64,000 nt of DNA from Pocillopora damicornis (taxonomy: Eukaryota): NCBI RefSeq assembly GCF_003704095.1, contig NW_020846105.1:124001-188000 (forward strand), written 5' to 3'. Below the pieces are notes generated by a model. It was not told the DNA's origin and did not search any database. It saw only the letters and a list, made by a program, of their open reading frames with translations. The first letter of the stretch is position 1, and every line of letters begins with the position of its first letter. The position numbers and the translations under genes were made by a program. Below, piece after piece: positions 13,165-25,800 of this stretch.

Positions 13165-13295
13165 GTAATAGGACCGAGTGGAGTCCAATTCGGTCTGTAA
13201 TCATACAAGTGATTAACAAAATCAGACGACTTGTCAATCATGAGAATTATAACAGACAGAATTGGAAGACAAAAATCATGTTACCAATTAATCAT
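13165..13295. repeat. Imperfect palindromic interspersed repeat
   Basis: ccaattcggtctgtaatcat...tgattaacaa pairs with ttgtcaatcat...aacagacagaattgg. Intergenic, between the convergent PSMG3 and RAD17 ends. Confidence 0.45.
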
Positions 13296-14361
13296 AACCT
13301 TCACAATTTCCAAAAACAACAAATACATATAGGACAAATATCTGTGGTAGAGACAAATTCTAAGTAAAAAAATGGTTATTGTGATCAATTCTATGATTGG
13401 TAGATTTGGCTGAAAGGACTGAGCATGATTCAAAATTTCAACTGCCTGATTATAGCCAACTGTCTTATTACATTGTCCACTTACAACTGTGAAGAATGAT
13501 TCGTGAAAAATAAAGCAGCTAAAGCACCAATCACATTTGAGTAAATTGTAATGGTTATGATTAAGGGGAGAACTGAAGGGTGTGATACCTGGAAACAACT
13601 TGATATTCACTCTTGCAGTGTAGCTTGGTGAAATTTCATGTTATTATAGCAACAGTGACGAGACCATTGCAGTCTGCACCACATAACTAATGATTGAGAA
13701 ACCCCTCCTTGGTTAAAACAACTTATAAAAATTTAGACAACTTCCTGTACAATCAAAGGAGCATTACCACATGATGCACAGTAAGTATTTACAATTAAAG
13801 AAAAACTGTGAAAATATCAGTAAATCCCAACACTCAAGGGATAAACTTGCAAGAAAGTGGGTAAAAAAAACATTGGGTAATGAGAAAAAACCTGTATACA
13901 AATACATCCCAGACTATTTATGGGCTTGGTATAACAAAGAAAGAAAGCAATCACCAAAAAAAAAAAAGAGGAAGAAAAGCTTTAAAATGAAATTTAAAAA
14001 AACAAAACAAAAAAACAGCAAGCTCCCCGGGACAGGATCTGCACCTAGTCTGGGACCGCGGTTTCATGATACAATGCTCAACCCACAAAGCTGCAGGAAA
14101 ATTGCCATGAAATTGAGAGCAAATTTAAGTCAATTTGTATCGAGTCAACAACGTAATGTTAGGATCAAGTGTGCAAACATTCTGAGGGAAGAAGTGTTTT
14201 GACTCCAAGATGACATCAGAACCAAAACTCTGCTATTTGCCAGTTACATAAGTTTCAAATTCAGGGGCACTCTCCTCCTAAATTTAAAGGTGTGGGAAAA
14301 GGGTGAAATTGATACTAAGTGGATAAAAAAAACATTGGCTAATGTACCTTAATGAAAAAAA

Positions 14362-14847
14362 TAATTTAAAATTGTGACAATACACAGTCACTTAAAAAAG
14401 TATGTTGTACAAAATCCATTGAAAACTATGTAATGTTGCATACTTTTAACACACCCACCTCTAATATGGGTTTAAATGACCCTCTCACAGAACTAAGATT
14501 GAGATGGTTATTTTTAACTGGTACTGATGATGATAGTAGTGTGATATTTAATTAATTTCAGATGCGAGATGGTATTAACACTACGCAAGATCTGTTCAGA
14601 GGTGAGACTCATGCTGTCATCACTAAATCATTTTGCTGTGGCTAAAGGGAACTTGTCAACCAACAAGTAGGTGATATTTTTAATGAAGAGGAGGGAAAAT
14701 ACTTAGTAAGGTTGAGATCTAGAATCTTGCTTACCCCAAATTAAGAAGTGTTATTTTGGTTGACAGTGACAATTTTGTTGACTTCCTAAGATTACCACTG
14801 TCCATCATTAGTTCTGTAAAGAGAGGTCCTTCCGTACTTGGCCCTCA
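14362..14847 (+). pseudogene. Inverted partial duplicate of two RAD17 exons and their introns, with a nonsense mutation
   Basis: Reverse complement of ~15452-15933 with scattered substitutions. Copy exon 14562-14601 reads MRDGINTTQDLFR versus MRDGVNTAQDLFR. In the second exon CAA has become TAA at 14817-14819. Truncated by the gap. Confidence 0.8.
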
Positions 14848-14947
14848 NNNNNNNNNNNNNNNNNNNNNNNNNNNNNNNNNNNNNNNNNNNNNNNNNNNNN
14901 NNNNNNNNNNNNNNNNNNNNNNNNNNNNNNNNNNNNNNNNNNNNNNN

Positions 14948-17900
14948 AGGCACTTATTAGCTCCCTGGGTGCCATTCCCATTTGGTTGGGAACTAACATG
15001 GACTTCGTCATCATTATCACTATTCATACCACAGTCTTTTTCATCAAGCATATCTGTGCCACCCCTACAAATAAAAAAACCGAAAAAATATATTGTTTTT
15101 GAAAGTGAAAAGTTGGCATCTGAACCACAATCAGTATGAAAACTGTAAAATTTATCTGCTTGCTTCTACGTCGTTCATTATTGGACATTACCTGAATGGA
15201 TGCTTAGATTTTCTGAAATTGCTGATAGCTTGCAAGAAGGCAATTTGTCCTAAACACAAGAAAGATTAACAATTCAGTTAACTGAGAGTGAATGGAACCT
15301 TAACCATCCCAGAATTCTGATGAGGTTTTAGGTTTGTCACAAGGAGGAGGAAGAAGAATAATAAATAGAGACATAGTCAAATTCATAAAAATGATAAATA
15401 AACAAAATGGTTCATATTGTAACAAACCAGGTGTCCGCAGGGGAACATCAGTGATGGCCAAGTATGGAAGGACCTCTGTTTGCAGAACTAATGATGGACA
15501 GTGGTAATCTTAGGAAGTCAACAAAATTATCGCTGTCAACCAAAATAACACTTCTTTATTTGGGGTAAGCAAGATTCTAGATCTTAACCCTACTACTCCC
15601 CTCCCCTTCATTAACAATATTGCCTACTTGTTGGTTGACAAGTCCCCTTTGGCCACAGCAAAATGATTTAGTGATGACAGCACAAGTCTCACCTCTGAAG
15701 AGATCTTGTGCAGTGTTAACACCATCCCGCATCTGAAAGTAATTCAGTATCACACTACCATCATCATCATCAGTACCAATTAAAAATAAACATCTCAATC
15801 TTAGTTCTGTGAGAGGGTCATTTAAACCCATATTAGAGGAGGGTGTGTTTAAAGTATGCAACATTTTATCGTTTTCAATGGATTTTGTACAACATACTTT
15901 TTTAAGTGACTGTTTTGTCACAAGTTTAAATTAAATGTACAATGGAAGGGGGAAGGGGCATAACTATGCTATTGCTAGTATGTTTTCATCAATATTTTTA
16001 TTTCCCTGTCAACTCACATAAAGAAGCAATTTGAACCTCCACTTTTATCCTGAAATAATTTACCTTCTTATTGACCTCAAACAACTGTGGTTTATGAAGT
16101 GGTCTCCATCCTCTCCCTGACCCACTAGAACTTGATGATTTCCCTGCTGATCTGCTGTTAAATATCAACCCTCTTGCTGCCAGACATGAGCTGTACTCCT
16201 TCATGGAGGACTGAAACTGTGATATTATTACGAGGACTTTTTAGCATTTGTTTGACACAACAGCCCCTTTGTGAACAAAGTTTATTATCCAGATAAACAA
16301 TTGCAATGGCCCTCTGCAACTTGAAGGAAGCTACTCCTATGGTCCATGAATGATGTAATCAAGTAATTTTTTTCCAATCACGTTGGGTATCAACAGATGA
16401 AAAATAAAATGAGAGATCTTTACCATCCATTCTTTAGTCATGTAGTCTGCTTCACTGAAATGTTCACTAATATTCACCTAAGAATCATAGACAGAAAAAG
16501 GATCAAAATTATATGAAAGTATGTTGCAATGGTAGGTGGACAATACAAATCAAAATGACTTCTTTTACAAATAATTTGGATCAATTTTAAGCCCAAATTT
16601 TTATATAAACATTGTGTTGTTACATTAAATGGGTTGAATGGAGTTCTGAGGTATTAAGCAACAACTGTATATAATGCTATACCTGTACATGTTACTTAAA
16701 CTGTTATTGAAGAAGAGAGCTGTAAATGATTTAAGTACTAGAAATATTCAGTGGGACATTCTTTACCTACCACATCATCAATATCAGCAGAGAATTCCAA
16801 ATAATTCTGATGAAGGTAGAGATTAAAAAATTCACTTGAGAGATGTGTTTTCTCCAACACTTCCTGCATAAAAAAGGAAACAGGCCACTTATTACCCTGG
16901 ATAAGAATATCGAAAATAATTGTTGACATTTGTCTTTTGGGGTTATTCATATTAGGTGATACACATTTTGAAAAAAAAAGCTTACACATCAATCTATTCT
17001 GAGGGTATTTATATATTCCTCCTTACTAAAAAAAGATATTACCCTTCTCATGAGGACTTTATGATTTACTGTTATTATAATTAGTTTTTAAGTTCTGAGT
17101 TTTTTAAGGGATAGAGTGCTTATTAACAATATAAGCTCTGAAAATCCAACACAACAACAACATAAAATAAATAATTGAAAATAATTTTCATACTACCTCT
17201 GGACAGAACAACAGCTGGTTTCTGGCATGATGTGACAGGTGAGATGGAAGCAAGTCTGAGTCAGAAAGTGTTGGATCTCCTTTACAAAGAAAAAAATCAA
17301 TGTTTAGAGTATTTTTACACACTACCTTCAGGAACCAAAATTACTATCATTTCTAAAACATAACATGAAACATGTCTATTATGAATATCACAGTTTCTTA
17401 TGCACTGCCTTTCAGGTACTCCCCTTTGCATCTACCAACAGGCAGAAAATTTTAATGCAACATAAATAACTCACTTTTACAATACAGTATTTTCCCTAGA
17501 GCTCTGAAGAGGAATAAACCTGAGTCTCTTCCACCAATAGCAGTGACTGCTTCTGATTCAAGGTTATTTCTTGTCTCTTTTCCATAGAGAAGACATTTAG
17601 AGGATAGCTGAACTGATTCTGAAGTGTTCATCTTGTTTGGCAGTGAACTACTTGTTTTCTTTAATTTTGACTTGTTTGGTTTTCTGTCATCTTTCTTTGA
17701 CACATTAGACCCCTTTTGGGTGGTGCGTGATTTATCTGTGATGGTTGAATTTCAGATCAAAGGTTATAACTTGGAAAAAATTTAAAGACTATCATGTTTT
17801 ATGTTAACTTTCCGTACAAAAGGAAATGTGATCTGTAATTAGAAAATTAAAAAACTTCAAAATGATCTACTGCAATTACTAAAATTCTTAATGTGACACA

Positions 17901-20900
17901 GGGAAAATCTCTGGAAACCCCATCATTGATCCCAGCAATCTCACCTTTTGAAGAGGAGAACTGGAGACCATTGATGGCTGTGCGAATGTCTCCTCCACTG
18001 TTCTGAGCCAAGAGCTGAACAGTATCTTTAACTGGAATCTCAAATGTTGTTTTATTCTGCTAAAAAGGGAATATAAATAACGTAGAAATTTAGAAACTGA
18101 AATCTTACCAAGTGAATGATCTTTTCAATAATTAGCAACTCTTAACCTTTTTGTGGTTTTCTTTATCTTTAGACTTTTTGAAGCAACTGAGGATTATAGC
18201 GGGGGAAGAGGGAAAATGAACCCTTAACCTCCCATAAGTGACCAACACAGCATTTCTCCCTACAATAGCACTATAATATCAAGCGGAAAAGTGTTGAGAA
18301 TGAAGGGAAAAATCATTAAGGGAATTATCAACTGATCAAATGCCAAATTCTCTACACTAACATCAAAAGAACTGTATGGCAGATAGTAAGAAGAATTACT
18401 AAAAAGATCTTGAGATGAACTGACAAATAGGAGGTGTCTTATTTACCAGTTGAGCTTCAGTTGATATTATTCTGTTCAAGGCTTTCACCAAGCTGGTCTG
18501 TGCAATTGGGTTGAAGCTGTAAGTGACAAATTTAATGTAGTGTTTAGTAGAATATAATCTAAGTATGAAACAAGGCAAGTCTACATATATGAATGTTGAA
18601 CACCTTACATTAGTTACAATACTTTTACCTGATGTTATGAATCTTCAGTTTTTCCTGAACATCTTTGGGAAGTAATTTGTGAACATTTGAATCACCATGG
18701 TGGCTGTCAGAGATGACAAATACTATAGGAACTTGCCCTCTCTGTTTATATGTGCTGTTGAGCAGTTAGAAACATGATCATGATAAAATATTACATCCCA
18801 CATGTATCTGTCAGTTTACCATTCCCCACTAAAATTTGAAAAACAACACTGACTTCTTTCATATATTTGTGATGCATAAAGGGAAGCCTTTTCAGATTGA
18901 TTCAGAGTAGTCTAAAAACCAATTATTTCTGTCACTATAACTTCATCCTAGTCAAAATTTGATATTTTTGGGATTCAAACTAAATCAACATCACTTACCT
19001 CAAAACCTCTTGAAGCTTTGAAGCCTCTCTAAAAAATATATTTGGAAGGTCCTACAAAAAAAGTGCAGACAGCAATAAAGAAATTTAAAACATGCTACAT
19101 AATTCTAAAATAAATCACTAGATCCAATGATAGCCACCAATCCTTCAACTAATATCCCTTATGCAACAAAAGGTACACTTTAAAGTGATTGTAAAATTGT
19201 CATTGAATATTTTTAAACCTGGTAATAATCATAATTACTGTAATACTACAATGAGAGAGCCCACTACTGAAATCATTAGCAGATGGTATCCAGTGGGGCC
19301 TATAGTGTGAGAATATCAAGGGTAATGCAAGCCTCAATTTACCTTTTCTTGCAATTACAAAAAACAGGCCTCTGAGAGTATGATGAAAGTAAGTTTTAAG
19401 ACCTTTACAATATACTTACCTCTACCAGGACAATTTTCTTGACAGAATTATCTCCCTTCCCACTGAATATTGACAAGGTGGGGTACTTGCTAGCACGAAC
19501 TATGAAGTCTTGAAAAATTTTCACCTGGGATTGACTATGGCTTTTCCAGTTAAAATACCCTTCATCTGATGAGATATTATATACAGGGTGGGTATGAATG
19601 GTACTGGTTAAAAAACTTTTGTCTTAATTTATATCTTAAAAAATATCTTAACCCAAAATACACATTAATATACTATACATGACATCATTGCTGAATCAAG
19701 ATAAAACTACTGGTAAACTGAAATTAAGAAGAGTCCAAAAAAAATTTTACTTACACAGTTACTTCAGCAGTCCTTTTAGGTTATTTTCATTTATCAACCA
19801 GGATTTTCAGGTAGTTACATGTAAAAGTACTTCACTGCTGTAACTCTACCATTTCTAGTTACCTTCTGTATCACTAACAGGATTGAGCCATTCTTGAACC
19901 TCAAATCCCAACTCACTAGCAAGTACATTGACTGTTGCTGTTTTGCCTGCTCCAGTTGGACCAGTCAGGAGTAATATAGAACCATGTCCCACCTGACAGG
20001 AAATTAAACAGTTTTAATGACAAGGTCATAATATGCTTTCACATTTTAAATAATTTTCAGCAACAAAAAACCTCAAGTCAAGGAAAGGAAACATTTTATG
20101 CCTTTATAAATTATCTGTGTCCCTATATGTCTAAAATATTAATAATGATAAAAAAGATGCCTCTCACTCAAATTTATTCAATTGTTTACTGACATGTTTA
20201 TTCAGTTTTTTTTCTATGTATTTATTTATTCCTCTACTTATTCATAACATCCAACCATAAAAGAACAAAGGTTGGATGGATTAGTTGAGGACTGTTTTTT
20301 AAAGATCTTAGCTACAAGATTAAAAGATCATTCATGACTTCAAATAAATTGACTAACAAACCTATCACAAAATTATATCCCAATAATCACTTAACATATA
20401 GAGAAGCCTTGACTGTGCTCTGTTCTGTTGTAAAGCACGCAGGAANNNNNNNNNNNNNNNNNNNNNNNNNNNNNNNNNNNNNNNNNNNNNNNNNNNNNNN
20501 NNNNNNNNNNNNNNNNNNNNNNNNNNNNNNNNNNNNNNNNNNNNNCCCTCTCTTAACTAACCTGTGTACATAATTGATCCAAAAACCAGTTACGTACTTC
20601 AGCCACCTTTTTCTTGTGAACAGCCAGTTCAAGCTAAATAAAAAATAAATTAATATCGAACACTTTCATAGTAAATTTCACCATATTGTTAAAAAAAGAT
20701 ACTTTATGCAACTCAGATTGAATAAAACAATTTCAGACAATACCTCTGATTTTGGTTTATATTTTTCAAGCCATAGATCTTCATCTTTCCTAAATTTGTG
20801 ATGGGCAGCTTGGCTGCTTTCACCTTAAGATGGGTTAAGACTTGGGTTAGAATTTCCACAGAAAGTTATAAATGGTGCATTAAAAAAATTAATATTGCAC

Positions 20901-22327
20901 AACTGATTTTTTGCAGTCTGTGAGTGAGGTGTAATCTATATCATCATAGTAATAAATTTAGACCATATATAGCTGCTATGATAGTTCTTTTCATTTCCTG
21001 TTTTCTCTACCCCTTTATTCATCTCACCACTGCACATTACTTATTCTGCTTAAAAGATTAATAAGTGAATCAGAGCTGCATGATGGTCTATCTGAGAAAG
21101 TGCCTGGAGCTTTACTTGTTACAAGTGAATGGTTGATGTTAGCTTGTTTTGTTTTCTTAGTATTTCCTTCATCAAAGTCACTGAATGAACTTGCAATCCA
21201 TGCACTACGCTTCTGAAAACAAATGTACACAACAAGGTTATTAAGTCAGTTTTTTTTTTGGAAGAAAATCTAATATGTTTAAATCTGCTGAGTACCAGCT
21301 AAAAAATCAGGGAATCAAAATCAGAGTGCTGACTTAATTTTTAATAGTTCTTAATCTGTGCAAGACTTTTGGTCATACCAAACAATAAACAGTGAAAAGT
21401 GGAGAATTGCAGAGTTCATGTAATAGAACAACTGCATGGAATGTCCCAAAATCTCATTGAAATAATGGAGAAGAAAAAACCTGCTTCAACACAGATTTTG
21501 CAAGATTTTGAGAATAACTTAAAAGCTTTTTGTAATAATGCAAAAGAAAATGGCTGAGGCATACTTAAAACAAAAAAGGGCTTTGTGTGCCATTGACAGG
21601 ATCTGAAACTGAAACCCTCTTACTTGTACATGACTGACACCCAGTCTACATGGCATGGCAGAACTCAATGAGATCCTATATGTGCAAAGGCAATTCTGTT
21701 GTGCACATGTTTTGGTAAGGATGGAAAAAATTGGGCATGCATTTGCCATAATCTGCAGAAAAGACTGACACTACTTCTTCACAACTGCTTGCCTTTGAAT
21801 TTCTTGCAGTGGAGATTGTCTCCTTGTCCTTTTTTTGTGGCTTTGTCCAAGACGATTTTTGAAAAGTTCTTGGGCTGCAGAAGAAGTAATGAAAATAATA
21901 AACAGAAGCACAGTCAATAGGCTTCTTATAAGTCTTAAGATATTGATTCAGCAAAAAAAAGGGAAAAGTTAAAATTAATCGAAAAATACTTTATTTGTGC
22001 ACAAAGTTTTTTTTACTAACTGTGCATGTAAGTGAGAAATGAAGGCATTTTCCATAAATTCTCACCCAAAAGAACTGCATGGTTCTGCTAACAATAACGA
22101 ACCAACACGTTCTTCTCCATTCACTAAGATAATCCTTTTTGGATGCTTGCTCTGTGAAAAAAAAAATAGAAAACTGAATACATGAATCACACAAATCCCG
22201 AGTCAAGCGCATGCTGTACGATAGTTTGAACAAAGTTTACACGTTGTACTTGTTTAAAAGTACTCTGTCCGAGGCTCCGAGCTGTTAAGAAGGTATACAC
22301 GACAAACAGACTTTCATACCATTGCAT
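14948..22327 (-). CDS. RAD17: Cell-cycle checkpoint clamp loader RAD17 (3' end lost in gap 14848-14947; start codon tentative)
   Basis: Many phase-consistent exons: WIASSFSDF, LWLEKYKP..ELAVHKKKV, Walker A LLTGPTGAGKT (~19863-19992), VLVEDLPN, FNPIA, GDIRTAINGLQF, GGRDSGLFLFRALGKILYCKR, LYLHQNY, WRPLHKPQ, LQTEVLPYL, and an acidic tail running into the gap. Confidence 0.92.
18218..18420. mobile_element. Family B MITE copy in a RAD17 intron
   Basis: gaacccttaacctcccataagtgacc...ccaaattctc...gtatggcagatagtaagaagaattactaaaaagatcttg. Confidence 0.55.
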
Positions 22328-22819
22328 GTAAACACTGACTCTTTTTTCAAGTCGAACTCTGCAATCCTTAACCTCCGCAATCAACCATCATTTTGAAAGT
22401 TGCGGTTGTTTGAGTACTGAGAAAGGGATAGTCATTATGTGACTTTTACACCACACATGTAGGATCCATATTCGATTGTGTTCCGCCGGTTCAGTCTAAA
22501 GGTCGATAATTCTTCGCTGAAACGAACTTGGATACGAAGTTTGACAGCTTACAGGAAATACGTAACGAACCGCACACCGCTGTGGCGCAAAAGGCATTTC
22601 CGTTTCTTAAGGGAGTAGACAGCTAGCTTATCTGTGATAAATGAGTCATTTGCGTTTGATTTTGAGGTCGGCAGTTTCCCTTACGTTCAACGATTACAGA
22701 AGACTCTCTTTTCTGCACACTTTTGAAGTTTCTTTGTAAACTTGGGTCCATAGGTAGGCGCTAAAAACTGAGAACTCTGGAAATTTGTTCACTGGACCTC
22801 AACGCATACTAATAGTAAG
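22328..22819. promoter_or_regulatory. Probable bidirectional promoter RAD17 / CUB-Ig receptor
   Basis: Divergent predicted first coding exons about 490 bp apart, in a locally CpG-rich stretch. Confidence 0.5.
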
Positions 22820-25800
22820 ATGATCCTGCAAATGGCTCCTCACCGAGTTCGTCTTGGCTGTACCAGTGTGTTTTATCATAGCGTCTTTCTTTTCCTCATT
22901 GGTCACTTAGTTTCTCTAACAGGTTAGTCAACTATGTTTAATTTTAGTACAGTTTCAGAATAAAGTAGCAGTAAAGACAATCTGTGATATATTCAAACCC
23001 TTCATTGTGGAGAGCCGCGGGGTTTCGGCAGCATCTCTTTAGAAATCTTTATTTCTGAAGCGTGCCGAAAGACAAGACTTTGAATGAGTTTCCTGCGGCG
23101 ATAAAGCGAATATTTTATCCACACAAAATCTTTGCGCATTATTTGCTCTGAAACATTGTTTGATATTGATAATCTCTCTTTGGTAACAATGTTTGGTTAA
23201 GGGTTAATTTTTACTTAAATAAGTTGTAAATCTCTGGATAAGTTTATTACCTAGTTACGTTACTCTTCGGCATTGCCAGCTTGACCGGTATTTATTCTAG
23301 AGTAAGGGCAAATTTCTTCCCTGATAATTTGTTCTCTCTCAGACATATTGGTTCCTTATGTGTGCGTATGAATTATAATTAAAAAAGATAAGTTGAATAA
23401 AAATAAGCTTGTGAAATCCGGCCGGCTGTGAAGTAATGACACGCACGAATTGCGTTGAACAGATCGTTAGCTGTCTTGAAAATTAAAATTTCTCTTCTAG
23501 AAAAGAGCCAACAAAAAATTCCATAGAATCGTCCCTTTAGTTTTCTAAACAGTTTTTGAATCACTAAGTCAAAAGGATATGCTACTAAGTGACAAAGAAC
23601 GATACATCTCTGCTTGCTATATATAACCTCGAATCGCGTGAGACGAGTAATATTAGACAGAACGGGTGTAATATAATTACTTGAACTCGAGAACATTTCC
23701 AAAAGTGTTTTCCTTCAATTGCTCTCTTTAAGCAACAATCTGTTGTGCATAATGTTTTCAAGGACTGGCAATAGAAACAGGAGCCTCAAGCCCCTATTGT
23801 CAGGAACCTTCATTAACACCCGGTAGTAAATTCATGCTAGAGTATATATTTATTCATGACTATCAAAGTTGCAAATTTTATTCAAAGTGTCATGAAAAAG
23901 ATTTGTGAAACTATGCTTTGGTAACAGTCAATCTCAGTGACACCTGTATGGTGCTGAAAGAATATTTTTGAAAACCCATCATTTAAGTTGAAGAGTGGAA
24001 TCTATTTTCTCTGAAAATATTACATTTGGACGTTAAAGGTTCCATGGATTACTCAAATTTATTAGTTTCAAAGAGGTTTGAAGGTATCCCATCTGATTTC
24101 TCAATTTTTAATGGGAGAAGACTTGAAAGGTCCCACCTTGTTTATCTTGGTAGTGAAGCAAAATTTTCCATCTGAGCAGCAACAGGGCTTAAGTCTTGAC
24201 GATTACTGGGATGAAACCTGCCATGCCTTGAACCTCTGACAAAAGTTGTCTTATAAACCGTTCCAGCCTTAATTATCATCTCATATAAAAGTGCTGGTAA
24301 TGTACTTCATCTCAAGACAATATCTTATATGTTGCCAGCCTGTTTGAGGTTTTACTCTCCTTCCTTCTAAGCTTGGATAATCCTCTCCCACACCTACCAA
24401 AGGTAGAACACTGATATGAAGACAATTATTCCTTATAGGTCCCTTAAGAAGACTTTAAAAGAAACATGTATCCTTCACATTATATGAATATTTATTTTTT
24501 TCTTATTGGGATTCGAGAGTTATGGAAATCAACTGAAATCATGATGTGTGAATTGCCCTCTGATGTGGTGCTGTTTCTTTCTTGACAAAGAACAGTGCTC
24601 AGCATAATATATTAAAGGAGTTCTCTTACAGAATCTGATTAATTTATTCTCAGAATTTTACCATAGTATCATTGCGCGACAACCTCAAACCGCCCATTTG
24701 ACTGTTAAGCCTAAGGGCAAAAAAATGTGTTGAAAAATAGCCAAAAATTATGAGGGCAGATTTTTATTTGAAGATCTTGTAATTTTAAGCAAGAAAATGT
24801 GGTCAGAGGATTTAGATAATCAAACTTTTAAGAAAGGGATGTTATATTCTCTGGAAAAATGTAAATATAAATAGGGAGTTTTCAGTGCTTAAACCATTCC
24901 ATGTATAGTCAAGTTTTCTTGCTTTAATCTTTGGGCAGGACTAAGGATGAGTAAATTGTGTGGCTTCAGATATGGTGCTTAAACGCAACCTTTCCTTCCT
25001 GTGTTCTACTTACAGCAGAATGATGTAACATACTTTTCTCAGAGCTTAAAAATCAGTAGCTACCTTCTGTTAAACCTTTTATTCCCAAGATATAGCAAAA
25101 AGTGATATTAATTCATTTTAAAGGGGAAAGGTTATGAGAAGATAGCAAAGCATCAGCTGGGGAATATTTTGTGATTGAACACCAAATTTTCAGATCTAAC
25201 ATTATGAGACATGTTTGGCAGACATTGCAGAGAATTGATAGTTAGATCAATCTATTGAAATTATGATTGGAGTTAACCTCAGACATGACATTATAGTCTA
25301 GTACTTGCAGTGTACCGTTACTCATTTTAACAAAAGAAATACCAGCATAATTATTCATTGATCTAATGGTACAATAATTATATATCTTTAGCCATGTTAA
25401 AAATTATGTCTGGTTGTCAAGTTTTTAGAAATTGTTTGATATTATGTGATGAAACATATTCATTTAATATTAATAGTCTTTCAAAAAGTGTAATGGTCAT
25501 ATAAGATAAAATTTTGTGGAAGCAAAGCCAATGTCATGCTAGATGTGACCTTTTTCAGTGGTCCTTCACCTGTCTAAATAGTGTTAGGGGGAAGTGGAGA
25601 GAGAGGTACATGGCTTCCAGGGTCTCTCTACTTTCCCCCAAGAGAATTACTAGAATTTGTCATTTTCCTTTAAAATGCCAACATCTTGTCAAGCAGAAAG
25701 ATGATGTACTAAAAGATAAAGTTTGATTTATTACCACATTCTTAGAATGGAAATTATGAGAAATGTAAAGCAGACAGTAAGGAGAGTTAATATTGAGATT

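Noticed and set aside
13771-14202. 143-aa Lys-rich ORF
   Set aside because: It results from poly-A tracts in intergenic repeat-like DNA and has no domain or splice support.
20400-20444. Start of a probable interspersed repeat running into a gap
   Set aside because: Too little sequence is visible to classify.
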